Source: a bacterium (GTDB taxonomy: Bacteria > Bacteroidota > Ignavibacteria > Kapaibacteriales > Kapaibacteriaceae). Taken from it: a DNA stretch of 38,874 nucleotides. The number at the start of each line of letters is the position of its first letter. Position 1 is the stretch's first letter. Location of the stretch: positions 1 to 38,874 of the forward strand of contig JAGVJW010000172.1 in the NCBI GenBank assembly GCA_020050895.1. Direction: 5' to 3'. Positions 27,367-36,252 of this stretch are shown here, one piece after another. The position numbers and the translations under genes are program-made. The notes under the pieces are model-generated. The model was not told the origin of the DNA, ran no database searches, and was given only the letters and a program-made list of their open reading frames with translations.

Positions 27367-27415
27367 CTATGATAATTCGCACAACCACTATACTTCAACG
27401 TTCGAGGGCAAGATC

Positions 27416-28816
27416 ATGAAAAGTCCGGTAAGGTTAGTTGGTGTAACAGCCTGTTTGTTATTGGCGACTACACAAATGAAGGCGCAATTGTTTCCCGACA
27501 TGCAGTTTTATCGACCGTCAGACAAGACCGGCATTAACATCTTTGAAACGACAAAAGACACGTCTCCCTATGACGGAATGAAATTCCGCCTAGGTGGTGG
27601 CTTCACGCAGCAATGGCAGTCGCTGCAACATGAAAACACTGCAAATCCCTACTGGAGAAAATTCAATGGAGGTGCAGATTCCATCAACTATAACGCTCTT
27701 TACGGAATCACTCCTGGTTTTAACACCGCTTCGGCAAACCTACTCATTGATGTGCAGCTTGAAGATGGGGTGAGGCTTAACTTAACGACGTACTTAGCAA
27801 CACGCCGGCACCAGGATACCTGGGTCAAAGGTGGCTATATTCAATTCGATCGCCTGCGTTTTCTGGGCAGTGAGTTTATTGATAACATCATGGAGTATCT
27901 GACCATAAAGATTGGCCATACAGAAATCAACTATGGTGATGCCCATTTCCGCAGGACCGATGGAGGTTTGTCGATATATAACCCGTTTGCTGAGAATTAC
28001 ATTGTCGACGCCTTTACAACAGAAATCGGCGGTGACGTTACCTTCCAGCACCCATCCGGATTGCTTGCAGTGCTCGGCCTCACCAACGGCGAAATCAAAG
28101 GCGCTGTCGATCCTGTAACTCCCGGAACTGGAGACACAACAACAACAAAATCCCCATCTATCTATTTCAAGGCTGGATTTGATAAAAAATTTGGCGATGC
28201 TTTTCGAGTTCGTTTAACTGGCTCCGGGTATTTGAATGATGCCTCACCTCGGAATACTCTCTTTAATGGAGACAGAGCAGGTTCCTATTACTTTCTGGTA
28301 ATGGAGAGTCAGGCAGCAAATTATTCCTCAACATCTACATCGGCGAGTAGCATGAAACCAACAACAACGGCGCAGGCTATTTCCGGTCGCTACGATCCAA
28401 ACTTCTCCAGATCGATTCAAGCGTTTGTTATTAATGGACTTTTGCAGTTTTCCAGGTTTGAATTGTTTCTCAACTACGACATCGCTTCAGGACGGACCGC
28501 AAACGAAGTTGAGGACAGGAGCATGAGTCAGCTTGCTGGTGATTTGATTGTCAGATTAGGTTCGAACGATCAGTATTATCTAGCAGGGCGCTACAACCTT
28601 GTTAATACGGAAACGTTGGGAATTCTTGATGCAAATGGTGCTCAAGCCGAGCAACAAATCAGCCGTATTGCCTTTGCAGCAGGCTGGTTTCTAACAAAGA
28701 GCATTTTGATTAAAGGTGAATACGTTATTCAGGAATACAAGGATTTCCCGATAACTAGTATTTTCAATGGTGGGAAATTTAGTGGCGTTGTTTTCGAAGC
28801 GGCTGTTGGGTTTTGA
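27416..28816 (+). CDS. Outer-membrane beta-barrel protein (porin-like)
   Basis: 466 aa. The signal peptide ends ...TTQMKAQ. The body has alternating beta-strand character rich in aromatic and Gly residues, and the C-terminus ...FEAAVGF ends in the terminal Phe typical of OMPs. Confidence 0.7.
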   Translation: MKSPVRLVGVTACLLLATTQMKAQLFPDMQFYRPSDKTGINIFETTKDTSPYDGMKFRLGGGFTQQWQSLQHENTANPYWRKFNGGADSINYNALYGITPGFNTASANLLIDVQLEDGVRLNLTTYLATRRHQDTWVKGGYIQFDRLRFLGSEFIDNIMEYLTIKIGHTEINYGDAHFRRTDGGLSIYNPFAENYIVDAFTTEIGGDVTFQHPSGLLAVLGLTNGEIKGAVDPVTPGTGDTTTTKSPSIYFKAGFDKKFGDAFRVRLTGSGYLNDASPRNTLFNGDRAGSYYFLVMESQAANYSSTSTSASSMKPTTTAQAISGRYDPNFSRSIQAFVINGLLQFSRFELFLNYDIASGRTANEVEDRSMSQLAGDLIVRLGSNDQYYLAGRYNLVNTETLGILDANGAQAEQQISRIAFAAGWFLTKSILIKGEYVIQEYKDFPITSIFNGGKFSGVVFEAAVGF

Positions 28817-28879
28817 AAAACGAGTTCGTGGACTAGTCGCGATTTTGCTGAATATGACTGTACGCGTAAAGAAGAACTT

Positions 28880-28919
28880 CCAACCTGCATGCAGCTTGTG
28901 TGCAGGTTGGTTGTTTTTT
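28880..28919 (+). terminator. Rho-independent terminator after the OMP gene
   Basis: ccaacctgca-tgcagcttgtg-tgcaggttgg is followed by ttgtttttt. Confidence 0.8.
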
Positions 28920-28985
28920 CATCAGTTATTCAAATTGCAGTCACGACGTACAATCAGAGTCATTCGGTCTACCACTGTGTCCTTG

Positions 28986-29579
28986 ATGTTGTTTTTTGGA
29001 CTGAGCGTAATCGTAGGTTTTATTCCTGCATCATCCATCATTGTTGCTTATGAGATTGATGAGCAAAGCAGCCTCTACATTGAGGGGTCTTCAAACGTGA
29101 ACCGTTTCGACTGTGCATTGAAAGACCAATTTTCAAAGGCAGAGGCGCACGTGACGTTTGCTGAAGGGGGCAGGATAATGTTGTTTGACATGGCTACTTT
29201 GACCCTTCGAACAGCAGGCCTTGACTGCGACAATGAGATGATGAACGAAGATTTACTGAAAACCATGAAAGCGGACCAATATCCGTACATCACTGTGTCT
29301 TTGAAATCAGCAAAGGTTATCGAAGGCAGCTTGGATAATATAGGCGAATCAGCACGATTAAAAGCTGAAGCATTGTTTACTATCACACATGTGAGGAGAA
29401 CTGTAATTCTCGACGTCAAGGCATGGAGAATGTCAGAAAATCAATTCAGATTCACGAGTTCTGCATCGCTTAGGATGACTGATTATGACATCGAACCACC
29501 AAGCGTTTTGTTTGGCCTTATTAAAGTTCGAGATAAGATATCGTTGAAATTCGATCTTATTACAAAAACATTGAATTGA
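28986..29579 (+). CDS. Second YceI-like protein
   Basis: YceI pattern: LYIEGSSNVNRF...YPYITVSL...ALFTITHVRRTVILDV...YDIEPP....RDKISLKFDL. The track start at 28767 would read through the OMP stop region and the terminator at 28880-28919. ATG 28986 (or TTG 28935) gives a signal/anchor MLFFGLSVIVGFIPASS. Confidence 0.7.
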   Translation: MLFFGLSVIVGFIPASSIIVAYEIDEQSSLYIEGSSNVNRFDCALKDQFSKAEAHVTFAEGGRIMLFDMATLTLRTAGLDCDNEMMNEDLLKTMKADQYPYITVSLKSAKVIEGSLDNIGESARLKAEALFTITHVRRTVILDVKAWRMSENQFRFTSSASLRMTDYDIEPPSVLFGLIKVRDKISLKFDLITKTLN

Positions 29580-29606
29580 GTGCAAGAATGTTGAACCGAG
29601 TGCTAC

Positions 29607-31478
29607 CTATACTCGGTCAATCCATCTGCCATCATCTTTGATAATCTTTACAAGTTCAGTTACGGCCTCTGCAGTGGGTACGTTACGCTTAACAATCGTC
29701 TGCCCCTTATACAATGTGATGCGCTCAGGTCCAGAGCCAACATAACCGTAATCTGCATCCGCCATTTCACCAGGGCCGTTAACGATGCAGCCCATGACAC
29801 CAATTTTTACACTTTTCAGATGATCGGTATGAGAGCGAATAAGGCTTGTTGTCTCCTGTAGGTCGAACATAGTTCTTCCGCAAGAGGGACAGCTTATGTA
29901 TTCAGTCTTTGTCATTCGCATTCTTGTTGCTTGAAGTATACCCAATGGTAATGCAACATGTCTGCCAATCATGATACCGTTGCCAAATCCATCAATGAAA
30001 ATACCGCCTACATCCGATGATGCGTTCAACAACAACTCATTAGCATCTATAGCGTTGGAATGATATCGAACAACAACAGGTGTGTGAACGCTATTGTCTT
30101 CAAGCCGTTGGAAAGCCGACCGTATGTCGTGATACCAAAAAGCATCGCTACCCTGTAAAAGCAAAACTGCTGTGCTATCCCTGCCAAGCGCAAACATCAA
30201 ATCATCAGATAAATCACTTGCAGAGCACGAAACTACATTCATAACCGAATGCTGCTGTCCATTGGAAAGATACTGTGCTGGCGTAAATAGAGGCACGCAA
30301 AACAATTTATCATGGAGGTTCATCCAAACCGGAATATCAACAACCTGACGGATCCCTCCTGGTGCCATAAATGGGAGGGGGTTGCTGCCAACGTACAGAA
30401 ATTCTGCAGCCTGATCAAGCATCGTCCATTTATCGGATTGAGAATCGTAAACATGACCTAACGAAGAAAGATCGTTATAATTATTTAACTTCTCATTCGA
30501 TACGTCTACAAATAAGCGGGGTACGTTATCGGCGCCAACCGATGCCACATGCGTAGTAGACCGGCGATGGAAGCCTGGGGATATGTGCACCGACGTTTGA
30601 TATACATTACGCTGCCGGTGTGCCAAGGCGGCGGCAACAGGAATCTCCGCTTCGGGTTCTTCGGTGAGCGAAACGCGTATGGTGTCGCCAATACCATCTT
30701 CCAGAAGGGTGCCAATACCTGCAGCGCTTTTAATTCTTCCGTCGTCGCCATCTCCAGCCTCCGTAACACCCAGGTGGAGTGGGTAGGGTTTCAAATGCTC
30801 TTCCTGCAAACGCTGTGTAAGCAATCTGTAGGCTTGAACCATGACGACTGGATTGCTGGACTTCATTGAAAGGACAATGTTGTAGAACCTTTCATCTTCG
30901 GCAATGCGGAGGAATTCCAGTGCCGATTCAACCATACCGGCTGGACTATCGCCATAACGGTTCACAATTCTATCGCTGAGAGATCCGTGATTTGTACCGA
31001 TACGCATTGCTGTTCCATATTCCTTACAGATGCGAACAAGAGGTACAAACCTGGTTCTGATTCGATCTAATTCCGCAGCATACGATGCATCATCATATTC
31101 AACGACAGCGAACTGTTTTTTATCGGCGAAATTCCCCGGATTTATTCTGACTTTTTCTACAATACGCGCAGCAATTTCAGCGGCATTTGGCGTGAAATGT
31201 ATGTCGGCTACAAGAGGCGTATGGTAGCCCCTTTCATGAAGTCCATCACGGATATTCTGAAGATTTTTTGCTTCTCTAATGGAAGGAGCCGTAATACGCA
31301 CTAGCTCGCATCCAGCGTTAATCATCCGAATCGACTGTTCGATTGTTGCCAACGTGTCCATCGTGTTAGTCGTCGTCATTGACTGTACACGAATAGGGAA
31401 CTTCGAACCCACCGACAGTTCGCCGATGTTCACATCAATTGTGGGTCGTCGGTTGTCGATGGTGGTTATAGAAGTCAT
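29607..31478 (-). CDS. ispG: 4-hydroxy-3-methylbut-2-en-1-yl diphosphate synthase (IspG/GcpE), long form with inserted domain
   Basis: 623 aa. An N-terminal TIM-barrel part (VQSMT.T.T.D) and a C-terminal 4Fe-4S part (ISCPSCGR...GCIVNGPGE) are separated by an insert of about 250 aa. Confidence 0.9.
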   Translation of the reverse strand: MTSITTIDNRRPTIDVNIGELSVGSKFPIRVQSMTTTNTMDTLATIEQSIRMINAGCELVRITAPSIREAKNLQNIRDGLHERGYHTPLVADIHFTPNAAEIAARIVEKVRINPGNFADKKQFAVVEYDDASYAAELDRIRTRFVPLVRICKEYGTAMRIGTNHGSLSDRIVNRYGDSPAGMVESALEFLRIAEDERFYNIVLSMKSSNPVVMVQAYRLLTQRLQEEHLKPYPLHLGVTEAGDGDDGRIKSAAGIGTLLEDGIGDTIRVSLTEEPEAEIPVAAALAHRQRNVYQTSVHISPGFHRRSTTHVASVGADNVPRLFVDVSNEKLNNYNDLSSLGHVYDSQSDKWTMLDQAAEFLYVGSNPLPFMAPGGIRQVVDIPVWMNLHDKLFCVPLFTPAQYLSNGQQHSVMNVVSCSASDLSDDLMFALGRDSTAVLLLQGSDAFWYHDIRSAFQRLEDNSVHTPVVVRYHSNAIDANELLLNASSDVGGIFIDGFGNGIMIGRHVALPLGILQATRMRMTKTEYISCPSCGRTMFDLQETTSLIRSHTDHLKSVKIGVMGCIVNGPGEMADADYGYVGSGPERITLYKGQTIVKRNVPTAEAVTELVKIIKDDGRWIDRV

Positions 31479-32401
31479 ATCTGACGGCTGACTTCGAAGA
31501 GAATCCTCTTCTCCTTTTCAGTTAGACTGTGATAACCTGCCTGCGAAATTTTGTCGAGGATTGCATCGATTTGTTCTTGTGTTATGCGTTCGCCATCAAT
31601 GATAAATCTTGTTAGCGTTCCTGCAGGCTCTGGAGCTTCGGGCTGGGAATGTGTCTGTGTTCGGCGCGAAGCGAGCGGCTCGGTTGGAAGGTCGCGGAAC
31701 TCAGCTTCGACGTATTGTGGCCGACGTCGGCTCCGTGCAGAGCCTTTCCGCTCTATCACACGAAACAGAGGTTCTCCAAACTTCAACATCAGGAAACCAC
31801 CCAATGCTCCACCGAGGTGGGCAAAGTGTGCAACACCATCGCCGGAACTGGTAACACCAAGCACAAGGTCGAGAGCTGCATACATCAGAACGAAGATTCG
31901 TGCAGGTATTGGGAAAAAGATTGGGAACATCATCACTGGTCTATCGGGAAAGATGAGTCCAAATGCGAGCAGCACACCCATGATTGAACCAGACGCTCCC
32001 ACAGTTGGAGCTGCGGCCCCACTGAGCATTGGTGTAATGATGATATGGACAATAGCAGCCGAGACTCCAGCAAGAGTATAATAGGTGGCAAATCTTCGTG
32101 TGCCCCAAATATTTTCGAGCTCCATGCCAAACATCCAGAGGGCAAGCATGTTAAAGAAAATGTGCCCAAATCCTCCGTGCAGATATTGGTAGGTGATCAC
32201 CTGCCACGGCATAAATCCTCCGTCAAGCGGCCACAAAGCAAACATGCTTATCAATGTGTCGCTTAATGATACGCCTTGATAGGTAAGCCCTACCGAGAAC
32301 ATACTCGTTAGAAGGAAGATCCCAACATTGCCGAAGAGAAGAAATTTTATAAAAGGCGGGAAGACGCTAAAACCGCGTCCTCCTGGAAAAGCAGGTGACA
32401 T
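31475..32401 (-). CDS. Rhomboid family intramembrane serine protease with C-terminal cytoplasmic extension
   Basis: Rhomboid motifs are present: YQYLHGGFGHIFFNM, the catalytic GASGSIMG and AHLGGALGG. A tail of about 90 aa ends ITQEQIDAILDKISQAGYHSLTEKEKRILF. Confidence 0.85.
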   Translation of the reverse strand: MSPAFPGGRGFSVFPPFIKFLLFGNVGIFLLTSMFSVGLTYQGVSLSDTLISMFALWPLDGGFMPWQVITYQYLHGGFGHIFFNMLALWMFGMELENIWGTRRFATYYTLAGVSAAIVHIIITPMLSGAAAPTVGASGSIMGVLLAFGLIFPDRPVMMFPIFFPIPARIFVLMYAALDLVLGVTSSGDGVAHFAHLGGALGGFLMLKFGEPLFRVIERKGSARSRRRPQYVEAEFRDLPTEPLASRRTQTHSQPEAPEPAGTLTRFIIDGERITQEQIDAILDKISQAGYHSLTEKEKRILFEVSRQI

Positions 32402-32404
32402 GAG

Positions 32405-33595
32405 TTATTTGTTTAATGCTGCAACACCGGGCAGCGTTTTACCTTCGAGGTATTCAAGAGAGGCACCACCTCCTGTTGAAACGTGTGTGACGGACGTAGA
32501 TAGACCGAATTGCGATATGGCCGCTGCACTGTCTCCTCCACCGATGATTGTAATTGCTCCCTTTCTTGTTGATTCGGCCATTGCGCTGGCAATTGCTCTT
32601 GTTCCATGCGAAAAATTAGGCATTTCAAATACACCCATCGGACCGTTCCATACAACGGTACCTGCATTAGCGATCATCGATGAATATGTTTCAACCGTTG
32701 AGGGACCAATATCCATGCCCATCCAGTTCTGTGGAATGTGATCAACGTCAACGATTTGTGTTTGGGCATCATTGGAAAAAGCATCAGCCACAACTGCATC
32801 GGCAGGTACAGCAAGATTAACACCCAGAGCACGTGCGCTGTCGAGCAGGGTCTTCGCAGTATCGATTCGATCTTCTTCAACTAACGACGTTCCGATCTCC
32901 TTTCCCATGGCTTTCAGGAATGTATACATCATCCCTCCGCCGATGAGAATTGCATCACACTTCCCAAGAAGTGAAGAGATGACTTCGATCTTACCGCTGA
33001 TCTTTGATCCTCCCAGGACGCTGATAAATGGACGCTGTGGCTTTTCGAGAGCGCTTCCGAGATACTGCAATTCCTTTAGCATCAACAGTCCGGCGCAAAC
33101 GGTGTCGAACAATGCAGCCACACCGCTAGTGCTCGAATGTGCTCTATGAGCTGTTCCAAAGGCATCGTTGCAATACACATCGCCCAGCATGCGCAGCTGT
33201 TTACAAAAGGCCGAGTCGTTACCTTCTTCCCCGGCATGAAACCGGAGGTTTTCCAACAGTATGATTTGGTTTGGCGCTGCAGACCGGACGAGATCTTCAA
33301 CTTCTTTACCAATACAATCTGGCGCAAACAGCACTTCTTTGTGCGTTAGGTCTGCAAGGCGCTCAGCAACCGGATTCAGAGAATATTTTTCGTTGCGCTT
33401 CCCATTGGGCCGTCCCAGGTGCGACATGAGGACGGGTATGCCACCGCGTGAAACAATAGATTCAATTGTCGGAAGCGATTCACTGATCCGTGTGTCATCG
33501 GTGATGCGACGCTCGTCATCCTGAGGAACATTAAAATCAACTCTGGTCAATATTTTTTTGCCCCTTACATCAACGTCAGTAATTGACCTGATCAC
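32405..33595 (-). CDS. pgk: Phosphoglycerate kinase
   Basis: 396 aa with RVDFNVP, LENLRFH and GGGDSAAA motifs. It overlaps gap by 4 nt. Confidence 0.95.
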   Translation of the reverse strand: MIRSITDVDVRGKKILTRVDFNVPQDDERRITDDTRISESLPTIESIVSRGGIPVLMSHLGRPNGKRNEKYSLNPVAERLADLTHKEVLFAPDCIGKEVEDLVRSAAPNQIILLENLRFHAGEEGNDSAFCKQLRMLGDVYCNDAFGTAHRAHSSTSGVAALFDTVCAGLLMLKELQYLGSALEKPQRPFISVLGGSKISGKIEVISSLLGKCDAILIGGGMMYTFLKAMGKEIGTSLVEEDRIDTAKTLLDSARALGVNLAVPADAVVADAFSNDAQTQIVDVDHIPQNWMGMDIGPSTVETYSSMIANAGTVVWNGPMGVFEMPNFSHGTRAIASAMAESTRKGAITIIGGGDSAAAISQFGLSTSVTHVSTGGGASLEYLEGKTLPGVAALNK

Positions 33596-34581
33596 CGAGC
33601 CACCCTCATCAGTAAGTCAACGATGCGGTTTGAATAACCCCATTCGTTATCGTACCAGCCAACAACCTTAACAGTATTTCCATTAACCATGGTTAGGCTT
33701 GAATCAAAGATGCATGAGTGGGAATTGCCAATGATGTCGCTGGAAACCAACTGATCCTCCGAATACTCAAGGATTCCGAGCATCGAAGTAATTGCTGCCT
33801 CGTGAAATGCTGCATTTACATCATCTTTTGACGGCGACTTGGTTAATACAACCGTCAGGTCGGTAACAGAGCCATCTGATACCGGAACACGAAATGCTAA
33901 ACCATCAAGACGTCCTTTCACTTCGGGGATGACTTCGCTCACTGCCTTAGCTGCCCCTGTTGTGGTTGGAATAATATTCATGGCAGCTGCCCTTGACCGG
34001 CGCAGATCTTTATGAGGAAGGTCGAGAATGTTTTGGTCGTTAGTATATGCGTGAACAGTTGTCATGAATCCACGCTCGATGCCAAAAGCATCATGCAGCA
34101 CCTTAACCATGGGCGCAAGGCAGTTTGTAGTGCACGATGCATTAGAGAGCGTCTTTTCCTTGCCTGTAAGCAGGTCTTCGTTAACACCAAGAACTACAGA
34201 TGCATCGAGGGCATCCTTTGCTGGTGCCGTTAGGATTACTTTTTTTGCATGCTTAAGATGTTTTTCGCAGTCGGCCTTGGTAGTATACTTTCCGGTTGAC
34301 TCAATAACGATATCAAGATCTGACCACGGCAGATTTTCAATTTGTTTTTCGGCCGTAATTGCAGTTTTATCGCCGTTAACAACAAGGTTGTTGCCATCGA
34401 TGCTTACAACGCCGCTAAAGCGGTGGTGTGTAGAATCGAATTTGAGAAGATGGGCGAGTGTCTTAGCATCGGTAAGGTCATTAATCCCTACGATGTCTAC
34501 ATCTAGATTGTTGTCCTTGATGATTCGAAAAACAAGCCGACCGATTCGGCCAAAACCGTTGATACCAATGCGGATTGACAT
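33592..34581 (-). CDS. gap: Glyceraldehyde-3-phosphate dehydrogenase
   Basis: From ATG 34581 it reads MSIRIGINGFGRIGR, and the catalytic SNASCTTNCLAP motif is present. The track start at 34617 is an upstream TTG and is unlikely. Confidence 0.95.
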   Translation of the reverse strand: MSIRIGINGFGRIGRLVFRIIKDNNLDVDIVGINDLTDAKTLAHLLKFDSTHHRFSGVVSIDGNNLVVNGDKTAITAEKQIENLPWSDLDIVIESTGKYTTKADCEKHLKHAKKVILTAPAKDALDASVVLGVNEDLLTGKEKTLSNASCTTNCLAPMVKVLHDAFGIERGFMTTVHAYTNDQNILDLPHKDLRRSRAAAMNIIPTTTGAAKAVSEVIPEVKGRLDGLAFRVPVSDGSVTDLTVVLTKSPSKDDVNAAFHEAAITSMLGILEYSEDQLVSSDIIGNSHSCIFDSSLTMVNGNTVKVVGWYDNEWGYSNRIVDLLMRVAR

Positions 34582-34771
34582 GAAATCCTCTGCACTTCCA
34601 TAAAGAGTGAATAACAAGTTGTGTTGAATTCAGATAGCAAAAATACCAATACACAACCGACGCAGAGGCATATCTATTTTCTTTGGTAAGGTCTCATTTT
34701 GAGAAACATCTTCAGTTGAGAGCGCCACTGTTTTTGAGTTACAACAGGTTAAGGGTCTATTGATGAATCTT

Positions 34772-34897
34772 TCCCGGCAAGTTACCCGGCAGCATATGCC
34801 TCCCGGCAAGTTACCCGGCAGCATATGTCTCCCGGCAAGTTACCCGGCAGCATATGTCTCCCGGCAAGTTACCCGGCAGCATATGTCTCCCGGCAAG
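34772..34897. repeat. Tandem repeat array B: four 29-bp units plus a truncated fifth, unit tcccggcaagttacccggcagcatatgtc; reverse complement of array A units with one mismatch
   Basis: Read directly from the sequence. Units are at 34772-34800, 34801-34829, 34830-34858 and 34859-34887, with a partial unit at 34888-34897. Units 2-4 are identical and unit 1 differs in 1 nt. The array is intergenic, between the ruvC stop (34919) and the gap start. Confidence 0.95.
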
Positions 34898-34918
34898 ATC
34901 AAGGTAATTGAGGCACCA

Positions 34919-35473
34919 CTATTTTTTCCTGCGCTGTACGAATTCCGACCATGCAGCTCGCTGACCACCGGGCTTGCAATGTTTGATGATGGGAGTGGGA
35001 CGGCCCTTGTTTATGGCATGGCAAATAGCTACGGCCAGGGCATCGGTGGCATCAAGAAAATCGGGCGACTCTGTGAGCTTGAGTATAGAGCTTACCATGT
35101 GGCTTACCTGAACTTTCGAGGCACTGCCCCTGCCCGTTACACTTCGTTTGATTTGCATCGGCGTGTATTCAGCAGGCAACAAGCCGCCTTCGGCACAGGC
35201 AAGCATAGCCACTCCACGCGCGTGGGCAAGCTGAACCAGCGATTTAACGTTCTTTGAGTGAAAAACCATTTCGAGTGCGCATTCGTCCGGCGCCGATCGC
35301 TGAATCACGGAGCCGAGACGCTCGTGGATTTCGCGCAGGCGCTCGGGGAAATGTGATTTGTAGCGCTTTACATGAACAACGCCAAACTCAACAAGGGTGA
35401 TGATAGAACCCCTTACTTCGATGACTCCATATCCGCAGACAACTGAACCAGGGTCTATACCAAGGATACGCAT
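34919..35473 (-). CDS. ruvC: Crossover junction endodeoxyribonuclease RuvC
   Basis: 184 aa starting MRILGIDPGS..CGYGVIE, with acidic catalytic residues in the usual positions. Confidence 0.9.
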   Translation of the reverse strand: MRILGIDPGSVVCGYGVIEVRGSIITLVEFGVVHVKRYKSHFPERLREIHERLGSVIQRSAPDECALEMVFHSKNVKSLVQLAHARGVAMLACAEGGLLPAEYTPMQIKRSVTGRGSASKVQVSHMVSSILKLTESPDFLDATDALAVAICHAINKGRPTPIIKHCKPGGQRAAWSEFVQRRKK

Positions 35474-35476
35474 GGG

Positions 35477-36247
35477 TTAATCCGCACCCTCGACTGCCTC
35501 GTCGTCGATCTCGGCATTATTGTAAACATTCTGAACATCATCGTTTTCGTCGAAAACATCAAGCATACTGATGAGTTTCGATGCAATGTCTTTATTGGTA
35601 ATCTCAACGGTTGTGTTCGGCTCAAAAACCAAACGCTGCCCAATTATGCGAATGTCCCTTTGGCCGGATGTAAAAACATTGGCTTGAGCCAGAGACTTGG
35701 CAACTGTACCCAAATGATCGGGACTGCAGTGGACGACTGCTCCATCATCAATTTGTATAACATCTGCTGCCCCAACTTCTATCCCTATCTCGAGCAGTTC
35801 ATCCTCCGTTGCGTTTGACTCCACGTGAATTTCACCGGAACGAGTAAAATTCCAGCCGACGGAATTTGTCTCGCCGAGGTTGCCGCCATATTTCGAAAAC
35901 GTTGCCCGTACTTCCTGCACTGTTCGATTGCGGTTCTCCGTTGTGCACTCTACCATTATGGCAACACCTCCCGGACCATATCCTTCCAGAAGAATGTCCT
36001 CGTACGTTGCACCTTCAATCTCTCCGGTACCGCGCTGAATGGCTCGCTTGATATTGTCCATCGGCATCGAAACTGCTCGTGCATTGTCGATAGCCATACG
36101 CAGACGTGCATTCGCGTCGGGATCGGATCCGCCTAATCGGGCGGCTACGATGATCTCCTTCGAAGCCTTTGTGAAAAGCTTACCTCGTTTTGCATCGACA
36201 GCCGCTTTCCGATGTTTAATATTAGCCCATTTTGAATGTCCGGACAT
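35477..36247 (-). CDS. yebC: YebC/PmpR family DNA-binding transcriptional regulator
   Basis: 256 aa starting MSGHSKWANIKHRKAAVDAKRGKLFTK, which is diagnostic. The yebC-ruvC synteny is conserved. Confidence 0.9.
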   Translation of the reverse strand: MSGHSKWANIKHRKAAVDAKRGKLFTKASKEIIVAARLGGSDPDANARLRMAIDNARAVSMPMDNIKRAIQRGTGEIEGATYEDILLEGYGPGGVAIMVECTTENRNRTVQEVRATFSKYGGNLGETNSVGWNFTRSGEIHVESNATEDELLEIGIEVGAADVIQIDDGAVVHCSPDHLGTVAKSLAQANVFTSGQRDIRIIGQRLVFEPNTTVEITNKDIASKLISMLDVFDENDDVQNVYNNAEIDDEAVEGAD

Positions 36248-36252
36248 ACTGC

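Noticed and set aside
28767-28985. The 5' extension of the second YceI ORF
   Set aside because: It would overlap the OMP gene end and read through a strong intrinsic terminator (28880-28919). The YceI homology and a signal-like segment start after 28986.
29595-29617. Hairpin accgagt...actcggt between YceI-2 and ispG as a bidirectional terminator
   Set aside because: The stem is 7 bp and overlaps the ispG stop codon, and there is no U-tract on either strand. Support is too weak to annotate.
2009-34897. The inverted arrays as ends of a Tn7-like transposon or integrative element
   Set aside because: The interior is made of essential core genes (ftsH, tilS, mreBCD, smc, prs, pgk, gap, ispG) and has no transposase, integrase or conjugation genes. 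I saw no matching target-site duplication outside the arrays (gggtagaa on the left, atcaaggt on the right).
34760-35257. Track ORFs that read through the repeats (34760..35257 +, 34630..34824 -, 1870..2121 -, and the 2061 start of 2061..2684)
   Set aside because: The 29-bp period is not a multiple of 3, so the peptide pattern shifts frame in each unit. 34760..35257 is also antisense to the well-supported ruvC.
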